A stretch of DNA of 27,474 bases from Sulfurospirillum sp. (GTDB lineage: Bacteria > Campylobacterota > Campylobacteria > Campylobacterales > Sulfurospirillaceae): positions 1 through 27,474 of the forward strand of contig JASFYR010000028.1 in assembly GCA_045047115.1 (NCBI GenBank), read 5' to 3'. This document shows, in pieces, positions 9,355 to 20,487 of the stretch. The stretch's first letter is position 1. Each line of letters opens with the position of its first letter. The position numbers and the translations under genes are program-made. Under the pieces are notes generated by a model that was not told the DNA's origin, did not search any database, and saw nothing but the letters and a program-made list of their open reading frames with translations.

Positions 9355-11559
9355 ATGAAAAACTTAGAAGAAGTGCTAAAGAGTCACAAACTTACAAATG
9401 ATGAGTATCAAAATATACTTAAGATTATGGGACGAGAGCCAAATCTTTTGGAAATTAAGATATTCTCTTCTATGTGGAGCGAACACTGCTCCTACAAATC
9501 AAGCAAAAAATATCTAAACGGGTTCCCTACTGTTGCCCCATGGGTTATACAAGGACCCGGTGAAAATGCCGGCGTTATAGATGTGGGCGATGGAATTGCT
9601 GCAGTATTTAAGATGGAGAGCCACAATCATCCAAGCTTTATAGAGCCCTATCAAGGAGCAGCTACAGGTGTGGGTGGAATCTTGAGAGATGTTTTTACAA
9701 TGGGCGCAAGGCCAGTGGCAAATATGAACTCTCTGAGATTCGGTAATGTAGTAAACAATGACAAAATCTCAAAACATCAAAGATATTTGGTCAGAGGTGT
9801 AGTAGCCGGAATCGGTGATTATGGAAACTGCATGGGAGTGCCGACAATCGGTGGTGAGTGCTCATTTGAAGAGTGTTATAATGGAAATATCCTTGTAAAT
9901 GCCTTTACTCTAGGACTTGCTAAAACAAATGAGATTTTTTACGGACTTGCTGAGGGTGTTGGAAATCCCGTCATATATGTAGGTAGTAAAACCGGAAGAG
10001 ATGGACTAGGTGGAGCCGTGATGGCGAGTGATAGTTTTAGTGAAGAAAACAAAAGCTTAAGACCAACTGTTCAGGTCGGTGATCCTTTTGCCGAAAAATT
10101 ACTTTTGGAAGCCTGCTTGGAACTTTTTAAATACGACTACATAGTCGGCATCCAAGATATGGGTGCAGCAGGACTGACCAGTAGCTCTTTTGAGATGGCA
10201 GGAAGAAGCGGAAGTGGTATGGTGATGCATTTAGACAAGGTTCCGGCTCGCGAAGAGGGGATGGAGCCTTTTGAGTTTATGCTTAGTGAGTCACAAGAGA
10301 GAATGCTTATATGCGCTAAAAAAGGGTACGAAGATAAAGTTCTGAAAATATTTAAAAAATGGGATTTAGATGCTGAAGTTATAGGAGAAGTAACAAACAG
10401 CGGAAATATGGAACTGTTTTGGCATGGAGAGAGGGTGGCTGATATACCTGTATTGCCTGTTGGTGAAGAGGCTCCGATATATGATAGACCTATAGAAAAA
10501 CCAGCTTATTTGGAAGAGATAAAAAATATAAATATAAATGATTTTGAAAAAGTCAGCAATCAAGAAGCATTTGATAATCTTTTTGCCAGACCGGAAGTGG
10601 TGGATAAATCCTGGATTAGTGAACAATATGACTCAATGGTGCAGACAAATACTATCAAAAACTCTGGAAGCTTGGATGCAAGTGCCATAAGAATAAAAGA
10701 GAGTGGCAAAGCATTAGCCATGAGTAGCGACTGCAACCCTAGATATAACTACATTGACCCATTTGGCGGAGCAGCAGCGGCAGTGATGGAAAGTGGTAGA
10801 AATGTTGCGATGAGTGGAGCTCGACCAAAGGCGATAACAGACTGTCTAAACTATGGAAACCCTGAAAATCCTGAGATTATGTGGCAATTTGCACAAGGTT
10901 GTTATGGTATAAAAGAGGCTTGCAAAGAACTAAATACGCCTGTTGTAAGCGGAAATGTATCTTTATACAATGAGACTGACGGCGAGGGTATATATCCAAC
11001 ACCTGCTATCGCTATGGTTGGAGTAAATGATAACGCAGATCAAACTTTGTCCAGTTCCTTTCAAAAAAACAACAGTCCGATTTATCTCATAGGAGAGACT
11101 AATAGTGACTTTGGTGGTAGTTTGTATATGAAAAAACTTTATGGAAAAGTGGGTGGAATTTTGCCCAAGATCGACTATGAAGCAGAGTTAAAACTTTGGG
11201 AGTTGGTTATAGAAGCAAATAAAAAAGATCTGCTGTATTGTGCCAAAGATGTAAATGTTGGCGGTATTGCCATAGCATTGGCAAAGATGAGCTGTGTGGG
11301 AGATATTGGCTCTATATGTAAAGCAGATTTTAGAGATGCCAGAGATATCTTCAGCGAGAGTTTTTCAAGAGCCATAGTAGAAGTAAAAGATGAAAAAGGC
11401 TTTGCCCATTTAGCTAAAGAGATAGGTGTAAAAATAGAAAAAATCGGTACAACAACGAGTGAGAGAAGTTTTGTCTGTAATGACATCAGTGTTGATTTAG
11501 ATAGTCTTAAAGATATATATTTCAACAAATTTGCCCAAATCATAGAGCAGGATATTTAA
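9355..11559 (+). CDS. purL: Phosphoribosylformylglycinamidine synthase subunit PurL (small type)
   Basis: [44 protein letters not shown]; 734 aa. Confidence 0.98.
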   Translation: MKNLEEVLKSHKLTNDEYQNILKIMGREPNLLEIKIFSSMWSEHCSYKSSKKYLNGFPTVAPWVIQGPGENAGVIDVGDGIAAVFKMESHNHPSFIEPYQGAATGVGGILRDVFTMGARPVANMNSLRFGNVVNNDKISKHQRYLVRGVVAGIGDYGNCMGVPTIGGECSFEECYNGNILVNAFTLGLAKTNEIFYGLAEGVGNPVIYVGSKTGRDGLGGAVMASDSFSEENKSLRPTVQVGDPFAEKLLLEACLELFKYDYIVGIQDMGAAGLTSSSFEMAGRSGSGMVMHLDKVPAREEGMEPFEFMLSESQERMLICAKKGYEDKVLKIFKKWDLDAEVIGEVTNSGNMELFWHGERVADIPVLPVGEEAPIYDRPIEKPAYLEEIKNININDFEKVSNQEAFDNLFARPEVVDKSWISEQYDSMVQTNTIKNSGSLDASAIRIKESGKALAMSSDCNPRYNYIDPFGGAAAAVMESGRNVAMSGARPKAITDCLNYGNPENPEIMWQFAQGCYGIKEACKELNTPVVSGNVSLYNETDGEGIYPTPAIAMVGVNDNADQTLSSSFQKNNSPIYLIGETNSDFGGSLYMKKLYGKVGGILPKIDYEAELKLWELVIEANKKDLLYCAKDVNVGGIAIALAKMSCVGDIGSICKADFRDARDIFSESFSRAIVEVKDEKGFAHLAKEIGVKIEKIGTTTSERSFVCNDISVDLDSLKDIYFNKFAQIIEQDI

Positions 11560-11560
11560 T

Positions 11561-12610
11561 ATGAAGATTTTAGTGACAGGAGCAGCAGGATTTATAGGCA
11601 GTCATCTGATTTTGCCATTCTTGCAAAGAGGTGATGAGATTGTAGGCCTTGACAATATCAATGACTATTATGACAGAAGTGTAAAGTATGGCAGACTGGA
11701 GAGAAGTGGAATACAGCGAGATTTGATTGAGTACGGAAAATTGATTTCATCTGTCAAATTTCCAAACTATAAGTTTATAAAACTAAACCTTGAAGATAAA
11801 GATGCTCTAGTAGAGCTTTTCAAAAAAGAGAAGTTTGACAAAGTTATAAATCTGGCAGCACAAGCCGGTGTCAGGTATTCACTTACAAATCCTGATGCCT
11901 ATATACAGAGCAATATAGTAGGCTTCTTAAATCTTTTGGAGTGCTGTAGACACTTTGACATAAAGCACTTGGCATATGCAAGTAGTTCTAGTGTCTATGG
12001 GCTCAACAAAGAGCAGCCATTTTCTACAAATGTGGATGTGAGTCACCCTGTGAGTCTCTATGCAGCAAGCAAAAAGTCAAATGAACTGATGGCTCATACA
12101 TACTCTCATCTGTATGGTATACCAACTACCGGACTTAGATTTTTTACTGTTTATGGACCATGGGGACGACCAGATATGGCACTGTTTTTGTTTACAAAAG
12201 CGATTCTTGAGAATAGGGCAATTGACGTCTTTAACTACGGAGATATGCAAAGAGATTTTACATATATAGATGATATAATTGAAGGTGTTATAAGGGTAAC
12301 TGACAATCCTCCAAAGGGTGTGAAAGAAGAGAACATAAGCCCCTCAAACTCAACCGCACCATATAAGATATACAATATAGGAAATAACAATCCGGTGCAA
12401 CTTATGGATTTTATAGAAGCGATAGAGAACAAACTTGGTGTAAAAGCCAAGAAAAATATGCTTCCCCTTCAAGCAGGAGATGTACCAAGCACTTATGCGG
12501 ATGTGAGTGATTTGATAGAAGATTTGGACTATAAGCCAGATACTCCTATACAAGAGGGAATAGATAAGTTTATAGATTGGTATTTGGAGTTTTTTAAAGT
12601 AAAAAGGTAA
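11561..12610 (+). CDS. UDP-glucuronate 4-epimerase-like SDR (CapI/WcaG type)
   Basis: TGAAGFIG, NLAAQAGVRYS, YASSSSVYG, YAASK, LRFFTVYGPWGRPDMA. Confidence 0.9.
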   Translation: MKILVTGAAGFIGSHLILPFLQRGDEIVGLDNINDYYDRSVKYGRLERSGIQRDLIEYGKLISSVKFPNYKFIKLNLEDKDALVELFKKEKFDKVINLAAQAGVRYSLTNPDAYIQSNIVGFLNLLECCRHFDIKHLAYASSSSVYGLNKEQPFSTNVDVSHPVSLYAASKKSNELMAHTYSHLYGIPTTGLRFFTVYGPWGRPDMALFLFTKAILENRAIDVFNYGDMQRDFTYIDDIIEGVIRVTDNPPKGVKEENISPSNSTAPYKIYNIGNNNPVQLMDFIEAIENKLGVKAKKNMLPLQAGDVPSTYADVSDLIEDLDYKPDTPIQEGIDKFIDWYLEFFKVKR

Positions 12611-12613
12611 AAA

Positions 12614-13624
12614 ATGGTACTAGTAACAGGCGGAGCAGGATATATAGGGAGTCACACTTGCATATCTCTCATAAAAGCAGGGTATGATTTGGTTGTTTAT
12701 GATAATTTTTCCAACTCTTCCAAAGAGAGTATAAGAAGAGCAGAGAAGATCTTAGGTAAAAAGATATCTTTGGTCAAGGGAGACACAAGGGATGAGATTG
12801 CTTTGCAAGGCCTCTTTGATAGTTACAAGATAGACTCGGTCATACATTTTGCCGGACTAAAGGCAGTAGGAGAGTCAGTTGAGCAACCCTTGAATTACTA
12901 TGATAACAATATAAGCGGAACCATAAAACTTTGTGAAGTGATGAAAAAAAATGGCTGCAAGAAGATAGTATTTAGCTCTTCGGCTACTGTTTATGGTGAT
13001 CCCGATAGTGTCCCTATCAAAGAGGATTTTCCTCTGAGTGCTACAAATCCATATGGCAGAAGCAAGCTCTTTATAGAGGAAATTTTGAGAGATATTTTTG
13101 TTTCTGATGACGAATGGAAGATAGTTCTTTTGAGGTATTTCAATCCCGTTGGAGCTCATAGTTCAGGTTTTATAGGAGAAGATCCAAACGGTATACCAAA
13201 TAATCTCATGCCTTTCATATCTCAAGTAGCAGTTGGAAAAAGGGAATTTTTGAGAGTCTTTGGCGGAGATTATGATACGAGTGACGGAACAGGCGTGAGG
13301 GACTATATACATGTAGAGGACTTGGCATTTGGTCATGTAAAAGCGTTAGAACATATAGAGGAGTTCGATAGCGTGATGAGCATAAATCTAGGAACAGGCA
13401 ATGGCTACTCTGTGCTAGATATGGTAAAAGCGTTTGAGAAGGCATCTGGTAAAGATGTGCCATATAAGATTGTGCAAAGAAGAGCAGGAGATATAGCAGA
13501 GTGTTTTGCTGATCCATCCTATGCAAAAGAGGTTTTGGGATGGAGCGCAAAATACAATCTAGAGAGGATGTGTGAGGATTCTTGGAGATGGCAGTCTCAA
13601 AATCCAAATGGATATAGTAAGTAA
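12614..13624 (+). CDS. galE: UDP-glucose 4-epimerase
   Basis: [48 protein letters not shown]. Confidence 0.96.
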   Translation: MVLVTGGAGYIGSHTCISLIKAGYDLVVYDNFSNSSKESIRRAEKILGKKISLVKGDTRDEIALQGLFDSYKIDSVIHFAGLKAVGESVEQPLNYYDNNISGTIKLCEVMKKNGCKKIVFSSSATVYGDPDSVPIKEDFPLSATNPYGRSKLFIEEILRDIFVSDDEWKIVLLRYFNPVGAHSSGFIGEDPNGIPNNLMPFISQVAVGKREFLRVFGGDYDTSDGTGVRDYIHVEDLAFGHVKALEHIEEFDSVMSINLGTGNGYSVLDMVKAFEKASGKDVPYKIVQRRAGDIAECFADPSYAKEVLGWSAKYNLERMCEDSWRWQSQNPNGYSK

Positions 13625-13634
13625 TGCTTAAGTG

Positions 13635-14489
13635 TCAAGTTTTCTTCATCATTAATCTTATCCCATCCTCTGTACTTACCGGATTAATCAAATTTAACCT
13701 TTTTTTGGTAAGACTGTTATCCACTTCTAAACGCTCATAAAGTCTTTTATGAAATGATGGCTTCAAAAGCTTTAAAAAAAGCTCAAAAAAAGGTATTTTC
13801 ACCAAATATACTTGCTTTTTAAGGCTCTGTGCTATGAGTTCTGTAAGCCTAGTTGTGCTTATAGGCACATCATCACTTGCCAAAAACACTCCTTCTGCTC
13901 GCTGCTGTATAATTTCATCAATCATATGACAAAGATTTCCGATATAAACCATACTTCTTCTGTTTTGAATATTTCCAAAAGGTAAAACAGGGACTTTTTG
14001 AACTAAACTGATCAAGTTTTTAATATTTGCTTTAACACCATATCCGTAAACTATAGGAGTTCTTATGATTGAAACTTGAAAGTTGTCAGATTCAAGCTTT
14101 CGTAACTCATTTTCAGCTTTTAGTTTACTCTTGCCATATTCATCTTCCGGCTTACATGTAGTAGTCTCACTGTAAGTTACATTAGTCTCTTCACCATAAA
14201 CTTTAACACTGCTCATAAATACAAACTGCTTCACACCAGAAGCTTTAGCCTTTTTAGCTAAATCTAAAGTCTGAACAACATTTACTCTTTCATATTCCTC
14301 TTTATTGGCTCCACCCATTTGATGCACAAGCGCTGAGAGATGAACAACAGTATCAACACTATTTAAATCCAAATCATCAAAGTTGTCATTTAAAAATGAA
14401 AAAGTTTCAATGTTGTATTTGTCAGTATATTTACTTTTTAAATAACTTCCTACAAAACCATTTGCGCCAGTGAGTAAAAGCTGCTTCAT
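13635..14489 (-). CDS. NAD-dependent sugar epimerase/4-reductase (WbpV-like SDR)
   Basis: TGANGFVG, HLSALVH, SSVKVYGE, YGKSK, VYGYGVKAN, NRRSMV. Confidence 0.8.
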   Translation of the reverse strand: MKQLLLTGANGFVGSYLKSKYTDKYNIETFSFLNDNFDDLDLNSVDTVVHLSALVHQMGGANKEEYERVNVVQTLDLAKKAKASGVKQFVFMSSVKVYGEETNVTYSETTTCKPEDEYGKSKLKAENELRKLESDNFQVSIIRTPIVYGYGVKANIKNLISLVQKVPVLPFGNIQNRRSMVYIGNLCHMIDEIIQQRAEGVFLASDDVPISTTRLTELIAQSLKKQVYLVKIPFFELFLKLLKPSFHKRLYERLEVDNSLTKKRLNLINPVSTEDGIRLMMKKT

Positions 14490-15598
14490 AATGATTCTTC
14501 ATAAATTTCAAAGTGTTTTTGTATAACTTTTTGAATATCGAACTCTTTTTCTGCAAGTTTTCTTCCTGCTTTTCCCATGCTTTTTCTTAGCTCTTCATTC
14601 AAAACAAGCTTCTCAATTTGCCCGGCTAATGATTTACTGTCTTTTACTTTACACAAAAGTCCTGTAATATTTGCCTCTATTGCATCCCTGCACCCTGGAA
14701 CATCTGTTGTTACAACTGCTCGTCCGCAAGCAGCAGCTTCTATAAGAACTTTTGGTAACCCTTCTCTATATGATGGAAGGACTACAATATTGGCTTTTTC
14801 AAATATGCTTGCTATATCACTACTAAAATCATGCACTTCTACATAGGTATCTCGTTTAATTTGTTCTAAATCGGCATTTATCAAAGATGCAGGGTTTGCG
14901 CTATCAATATCACCGTATAGTTCAAATGTAACATCAATGCCTTTGTCTTTTATGATTTTCGCAGCTTCTATGTATTCAAATACACCTTTATCTTTCAAAA
15001 ATCTACATGCCATAACAACTCTAATGTCTTCATTGTTTTCTTGTGTATATTTATATTGATTTAAATCAACACCTGAGCCCCTAATAAGAGTAATAGGAAC
15101 TTTCCTAATAGACAACACCACATCTCTATCATCTGGGTTTTGTACAATTACATGAGAGTTTTTACCTCCTAATGCCAAACGATACAACCCTTTTATAAAT
15201 TTTCTAACTATGGAAGCCTTAACTCCCTGCTTTATAAATATAAAACCAAGACCAGATATAGAAAAAACAGTATTGTTTATTTTTAAAATTCTTGATGCTA
15301 TACCACCATAAAGCACAGGTTTTATAGTGATAAAATGTGTTACATCAGGTTTCATAATTTTTAGTACATTATAAATCTCAATAAATGCTCTTATCTCTTT
15401 TTGCACTCCTGTACTGCCCCTGGAGATATTTAAAGGGTATACATTAATGCCAAAGCTTTCTAGGCGGTTTTTTTTATCTGTTGTTCCACAAGCTACAGAT
15501 ACATCATAACCTTTTCTTAAAGCTTCTATGGCTAAAGGCAATCTATGTGAAATGAAAAACCAATCAATATTAACAACAAATAAGATTTTTTTAGTCAA
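14486..15598 (-). CDS. GT4 glycosyltransferase (CapM/WbpU/PglA-like)
   Basis: FFISHRLPL, KPVLYG, GSGVDL, PSYREGLPKVLIEAAA. Start placed at TTG 15598 (AAGGA 8 nt upstream) rather than the ORF-track 15661. Confidence 0.88.
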   Translation of the reverse strand: MTKKILFVVNIDWFFISHRLPLAIEALRKGYDVSVACGTTDKKNRLESFGINVYPLNISRGSTGVQKEIRAFIEIYNVLKIMKPDVTHFITIKPVLYGGIASRILKINNTVFSISGLGFIFIKQGVKASIVRKFIKGLYRLALGGKNSHVIVQNPDDRDVVLSIRKVPITLIRGSGVDLNQYKYTQENNEDIRVVMACRFLKDKGVFEYIEAAKIIKDKGIDVTFELYGDIDSANPASLINADLEQIKRDTYVEVHDFSSDIASIFEKANIVVLPSYREGLPKVLIEAAACGRAVVTTDVPGCRDAIEANITGLLCKVKDSKSLAGQIEKLVLNEELRKSMGKAGRKLAEKEFDIQKVIQKHFEIYEESL

Positions 15599-17489
15599 GC
15601 CATTTTTCCTTCCACATCTGATACATAAGGATAAACCAAATTGATGAACCGGTATTTTCACCTTTAAAGAATCTAGTTTTCATATCATTAACTTCTTTTT
15701 TATTAAAAATAGTATCATCTAATCTAATCTCATCTAGATATTGAATTACTAAAGGTTTTAATTCATTTCTAAGCCACTCATTAAGGGGTATCTGAAATCC
15801 AGATTTTGGTTTGTCAACCAACTCTTTTGGAAGATATTTATACAGCACCTGTCTAAGTAAATATTTTCCTTTTTTGTTCTTGTATTTGATCTCAAGGGGA
15901 ACTTTTGCCATATATTCTATGATCCTATGATCCAGTAATGGCTCTCTGCCTTCTAAACTCACACTCATTGTAGCTCTGTCAACTTTGGTTAGTACATCAT
16001 CATTCATAAAAAGCTTATAATCAACAGCCATCATTTGATTTAAAAACTCAATATCTTCTATTTTATCCCATTTGGCGAAAAGATTTTCTTCTTTTTTCAC
16101 TTTTAAAAATTTGGCTACTTTATTTTTATCTACATAGCTACTAGCGTTTTCAAACATTTCTTCTAAACCCTTACTATTTATAGATCTTTGAAATTTTTGA
16201 AATTTATCTTTGAAATTTGTTTGTTTTAATTTTTTTGGTAACCTGTCATTTATAAACGCCATACTATCCATATTAAGCAGATTTATTCCCGCTTTTAAAA
16301 CTTCCCCTTTTAAATTATTTGAAAATATATTTTGAAATTTATTTAAAAAAAAGTATTTACTATATCCACAAAAAGCTTCATCACCGCCATCAGCACTAAG
16401 AGCAACTTTTACATGTTGCTTTGCCAGTTTTGACACTATCATAGTAGGTAGTGCTGAGCTATCGCCAAAAGGTTCATCATAATAAAATGGTAAATTCTCA
16501 ACTAAATTTAGCATATCTTTATTTTTCATATAATACTCAGTATGATTTGTTCCTAAATATCTAGCTATTGTTTTAGCATGCTTGGCTTCATTGTATTTTG
16601 AATCATTAAAACCTATAGTAAAGGTATTGATTTTTTTTCCTTGTTTTTTTGCAAGAATTGAAGCTACTAAAGAGCTATCATAACCACCACTTAAAAATAC
16701 TCCTACGGGTACATCTGAAACCATTCGTAAATCTATAGCATCCCCAAGTATCTTTTCTATATCTCTTAAAATCTCATCTTCACTTTTAGAAAACTTTTCT
16801 TGAAGGTAATAGTCATTCACATCCCAATACTTTGTGATTCTAAATTCTAAATTATCAATTTTCAATTCCAAATAGTGTCCGGCCTCTAGTTTGAAACAGT
16901 TTTTAAATATGGTGTATGGAGCAGGTATATATCCAAATTGAAAAAAATAAGGTAACACTTCTAAATTTTGTTCTTTTTTAAAACCAGGATGCTTGTGAAA
17001 TGATTTGATTTCTGATGAAAACATAAATTGATTTTCACCAGTATAATAATATAGTGGCTTTACTCCTGCTCTATCTCTGGCTAAATAAAGTTTGTTTTGT
17101 ACTTTATCCAGTATAGAAAATGCAAACATACCTATAAACTTATCAAGACATTGTATGCCCCACTCTTTGTAACTGTAAAGTATAACTTCTGTATCGCTAT
17201 TTGAGATAAATTTATAACCTATCTCTTCAAGCTCTTTGCGAATAGTTTTAAAATTATAAACTTCTCCGTTAAAGACAATAACATAATCACTATAATCACT
17301 TACAAAAGGTTGATGACCATGAGAACTTAGATCTTGAATTGCCAATCTATTATGCCCAAAATGTACTCCATTGTCTTCATTAAAATATACTCCACGGTCA
17401 TCTGGACCACGGTAGAATTGAGTCAAAAGCATTTTTTGCAGTACATCAAGATTCTTATTTTTATCGATAAATCCCACTATCCCACACAT
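15591..17489 (-). CDS. asnB: Asparagine synthase (glutamine-hydrolysing)-like amidotransferase, polysaccharide-associated, copy 1
   Basis: N-terminal nucleophile MCGI, RGPD, NGEVYN, SDTEV, RDRAGVKPLYY, LSGGYDSS, KVDRATM. Confidence 0.9.
   Translation of the reverse strand: MCGIVGFIDKNKNLDVLQKMLLTQFYRGPDDRGVYFNEDNGVHFGHNRLAIQDLSSHGHQPFVSDYSDYVIVFNGEVYNFKTIRKELEEIGYKFISNSDTEVILYSYKEWGIQCLDKFIGMFAFSILDKVQNKLYLARDRAGVKPLYYYTGENQFMFSSEIKSFHKHPGFKKEQNLEVLPYFFQFGYIPAPYTIFKNCFKLEAGHYLELKIDNLEFRITKYWDVNDYYLQEKFSKSEDEILRDIEKILGDAIDLRMVSDVPVGVFLSGGYDSSLVASILAKKQGKKINTFTIGFNDSKYNEAKHAKTIARYLGTNHTEYYMKNKDMLNLVENLPFYYDEPFGDSSALPTMIVSKLAKQHVKVALSADGGDEAFCGYSKYFFLNKFQNIFSNNLKGEVLKAGINLLNMDSMAFINDRLPKKLKQTNFKDKFQKFQRSINSKGLEEMFENASSYVDKNKVAKFLKVKKEENLFAKWDKIEDIEFLNQMMAVDYKLFMNDDVLTKVDRATMSVSLEGREPLLDHRIIEYMAKVPLEIKYKNKKGKYLLRQVLYKYLPKELVDKPKSGFQIPLNEWLRNELKPLVIQYLDEIRLDDTIFNKKEVNDMKTRFFKGENTGSSIWFILMYQMWKEKWLD
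16837..16871. repeat. Five degenerate 7-bp tandem units inside asnB copy 1
   Basis: + strand ATTCTAA ATTCTAA ATTATCA ATTTTCA ATTCCAA. Confidence 0.6.
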
Positions 17490-18616
17490 ATTATCTCTTC
17501 GTACTGTTTTATAATTTGTTCTATTCTAAAATCATCTGTTCTCTGTTTTGCTGTTTCTTTATAATTTTTTCTCAATTCATTATCGTTCATAATTAGTTCC
17601 ATGGCTTCTTTTAATTTTTGGACATTGTTAATTGGAGTCAAAATACCATACTTAGCCAACTCTAAATCATTTTGCAACTGAACCTCTATATCACTATTTG
17701 GAGCTAAAATCTCTCTTGGCCCACTTTGACAATCCGTACTAATAACAGGAAGTCCACAGGCAAGAGCCTCTAAAAGAACATTTGGAAAACCTTCATAGTT
17801 TGAGCTAAATACAAAACAATCAGCTTTTGCCAAATATTTATATGGGTTTTTTTGTCGTCCCAATAAAAATACTTTATTTTCCAAATTAAGAGTTTTTATT
17901 TGATTTTCAAGTTTACCTCTTAACTCACCTTCGCCTATGATATAGAGTTGTGCATTAACATCTTGCATAGCATCTATAATAAGTTGATGATTCTTACCAT
18001 CATCGAGTCTGCCAACAGTTACAAAAACAAAACCATTGTACTTTGACTCAATATCGTCTTTTGCTTGTTCTGCAATTTTTTTAATATCAAAAAGATTATA
18101 TATAGTTATAACTTTTTTGATATTAAAATTAGCTGTCAAATCTACACTGTTTCCCTTTGAATTAGCCGTGATTAAGTCGGATTTATTATACAAGTATTTT
18201 ATTAAAAACCTATTGATTAATCCTTGCAATCCGCTTTTGTGCTGGAGTGATGGCATAGCTCTTTCACTTATAATGCTTTTAGAGTTGTTTGCAAAAAATT
18301 TAGAGATAATGTTTATATAGTTTGGTCTGTTCATAAATGATAAACTTATATCTATATCATTATTTTCACATATCTGCTTATATCTATATCCTAAAAACGG
18401 CAACTTTAGTAACTTTTTGATTCCACTTTCATTTGGATTTGAGTTTTCGAGATATATGATTTGTAGATTTTTTGGTATATCATAGAAGATTGCATCATTC
18501 ATTAAAACCAAAGTTATATTATATTTATCTTTTAATTCATTTAACAGTACTGATACAACTCTTTCAGCACCACCACTTGCTAGAGAATATATTAAAATAG
18601 ATAGATTTTTTTTCAT
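17477..18616 (-). CDS. GT4 glycosyltransferase (PglJ/WabH-like)
   Basis: SLASGGAERV, VGRLDDGKN, NPYKYL, SNYEGFPNVLLEALAC. Confidence 0.88.
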   Translation of the reverse strand: MKKNLSILIYSLASGGAERVVSVLLNELKDKYNITLVLMNDAIFYDIPKNLQIIYLENSNPNESGIKKLLKLPFLGYRYKQICENNDIDISLSFMNRPNYINIISKFFANNSKSIISERAMPSLQHKSGLQGLINRFLIKYLYNKSDLITANSKGNSVDLTANFNIKKVITIYNLFDIKKIAEQAKDDIESKYNGFVFVTVGRLDDGKNHQLIIDAMQDVNAQLYIIGEGELRGKLENQIKTLNLENKVFLLGRQKNPYKYLAKADCFVFSSNYEGFPNVLLEALACGLPVISTDCQSGPREILAPNSDIEVQLQNDLELAKYGILTPINNVQKLKEAMELIMNDNELRKNYKETAKQRTDDFRIEQIIKQYEEIICVG

Positions 18617-20484
18617 TGTTTATTCACATATTTGTCATGCCACATTTGAAAAACCAAAATAAACCAGAGTTTGTTTATATTTAAAATTTTATCATTTTTA
18701 AGTTTTTGATACTCTTGTTGAATATAATTATTATTTAAAAGGTTATGCTTGTCTAATTTTTCATCTGTAAAATTTTTCTCAAAAAGTTCTCTCAAATCTC
18801 CACCAAACCATTCAAACATAGGTATCCCAAATCCCATCTTCGGTCTATCAATCATACTTTTTGGTATATATCTCTCAAGCACTTTTCTAAGTAGATATTT
18901 GCTGGTGCCATCTTTATATTTAAGCTCAAACGGCACTTGTGCCATAAACTCTGCAATTTTATGATCAAGTAATGGTTCTCGACCTTCTATACTTACACTC
19001 ATAGTAGCCCTGTCTACTTTTGTAAGAATATCATCTGCCAAATATCTATGATAATCCCACAGCATCATGCCTTGCATTGGATTTTCATTTTCTCCAATTT
19101 TAAAGCTTTTTTCATCTATATCTTTAATGACGCCTAAAAGCTCTTTAATCTCATAATTCTTTGAGTTGTGAATTAATTTTTCATAAATACTTTGCCAATT
19201 GTCATCTTTTAGCATTTCATTTAATTGATTGTATTTATGTTCAAAGTTTTTGATTTTAAAAAGTTTAGAGGCATTTTGAACACCTACTATATCCATTATC
19301 TTGGCTAATGATTTTCTTGCAAACTTTGGAAGTTTTAGTATTTTGTTGCCAATGGCATAGCTATACCAATACCTCTCGTATCCACAAAATATTTCATCTC
19401 CGCCATCAGCACTTAAAACTACTTTTATGCCATTTTCTTTTGCAACTTGAGATACTAAGGTTGTAGGTATGCCACTACTGTCACCAAAAGGTTCATCGTA
19501 GATATCTACAAAATTATCAAGCATTTTTTTTGCTTCGCTTGAGTTTAAAAACTTCTCTGTATGTATGGTGCCTATATATTTTGCTACCTCTTTTGCATAA
19601 GTTGCTTCGTTGTATTTTGCCTCTTTAAATCCTATGGTAAATGTATGGATATTTCCATAATGTTTTTGTAAAATCGCTGCAACTACACTACTGTCTATTC
19701 CACCACTTAAAAACACCCCAACTGGCACATCTGAAACCATTCTGTATCTAAAAGCATCAATCAAAAGAGCTTCTAACTCGTCTATCAGTTCATTTTCACT
19801 TTTTTGAAATTTTGGTAATCCAAAAAATGGTAGTATTGACCAATACTCTTTAATTTTTAATGTTAAATTTTTAATGTTAAATGTTGCGTAATGCCCAGCT
19901 GGGAGTTTGAAGCAGTTTTCAAAAATAGAAAGATTTGAAGAGATATAGCCAAACTGAAAAAACTCATAAAGTGCATCTTTGTTTATGGCTAAATCTTTTT
20001 TATATTCTATTACTGGTTTTAATTCACTTGCAAAGACAAAATCTTTTCCATCAAAATAGTAATAAAGTGGCTTAACTCCAACTCTATCACGAATAAGTGT
20101 AACAGTTTTTAAATCTTTATCATAAATAGCTATAGCAAACATACCTATAAACTTATCAACTGCCTTTATACCCCATTTATGGTAAGCTTTTAATATAACT
20201 TCACTATCGCTCTCACTCTCAAAACTATATCCAAATTTCTCAAGCTCCTTTTTTATCTCTTTAAAATTATAAACCTCACCATTATACACCATTACAAGAT
20301 TTTCAAATACCATAGGTTGATGACCACTTTGACTTAAATCCAAAATAGAAAGCCTAACATGCCCTAAAGAAAAATTCTCATCTTCATATACACCACTATC
20401 ATCCGGACCACGATGATATATACTTGTAAGCATACTGTTTAATTTTTGAGTATCTTTATTATTAAATCCTATTATTCCACACAT
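18613..20484 (-). CDS. asnB: Asparagine synthase-like amidotransferase, polysaccharide-associated, copy 2
   Basis: MCGI, HRGPD, NGEVYN, RDRVGVKPLYY, LSGGIDSS, KVDRATM; collinear with copy 1. Confidence 0.9.
   Translation of the reverse strand: MCGIIGFNNKDTQKLNSMLTSIYHRGPDDSGVYEDENFSLGHVRLSILDLSQSGHQPMVFENLVMVYNGEVYNFKEIKKELEKFGYSFESESDSEVILKAYHKWGIKAVDKFIGMFAIAIYDKDLKTVTLIRDRVGVKPLYYYFDGKDFVFASELKPVIEYKKDLAINKDALYEFFQFGYISSNLSIFENCFKLPAGHYATFNIKNLTLKIKEYWSILPFFGLPKFQKSENELIDELEALLIDAFRYRMVSDVPVGVFLSGGIDSSVVAAILQKHYGNIHTFTIGFKEAKYNEATYAKEVAKYIGTIHTEKFLNSSEAKKMLDNFVDIYDEPFGDSSGIPTTLVSQVAKENGIKVVLSADGGDEIFCGYERYWYSYAIGNKILKLPKFARKSLAKIMDIVGVQNASKLFKIKNFEHKYNQLNEMLKDDNWQSIYEKLIHNSKNYEIKELLGVIKDIDEKSFKIGENENPMQGMMLWDYHRYLADDILTKVDRATMSVSIEGREPLLDHKIAEFMAQVPFELKYKDGTSKYLLRKVLERYIPKSMIDRPKMGFGIPMFEWFGGDLRELFEKNFTDEKLDKHNLLNNNYIQQEYQKLKNDKILNINKLWFILVFQMWHDKYVNKQ
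19849..19883. repeat. Five degenerate 7-bp tandem units inside asnB copy 2
   Basis: + strand TTTAATT TTTAATG TTAAATT TTTAATG TTAAATG. Confidence 0.6.
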
Positions 20485-20487
20485 TAG

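Noticed and set aside
15599..15661. ORF-track N-terminal extensions (GT4 from 15661, GT2 from 22693, yidD from 4566)
   Set aside because: They overlap upstream genes, and downstream starts have better RBS or stop-start coupling.
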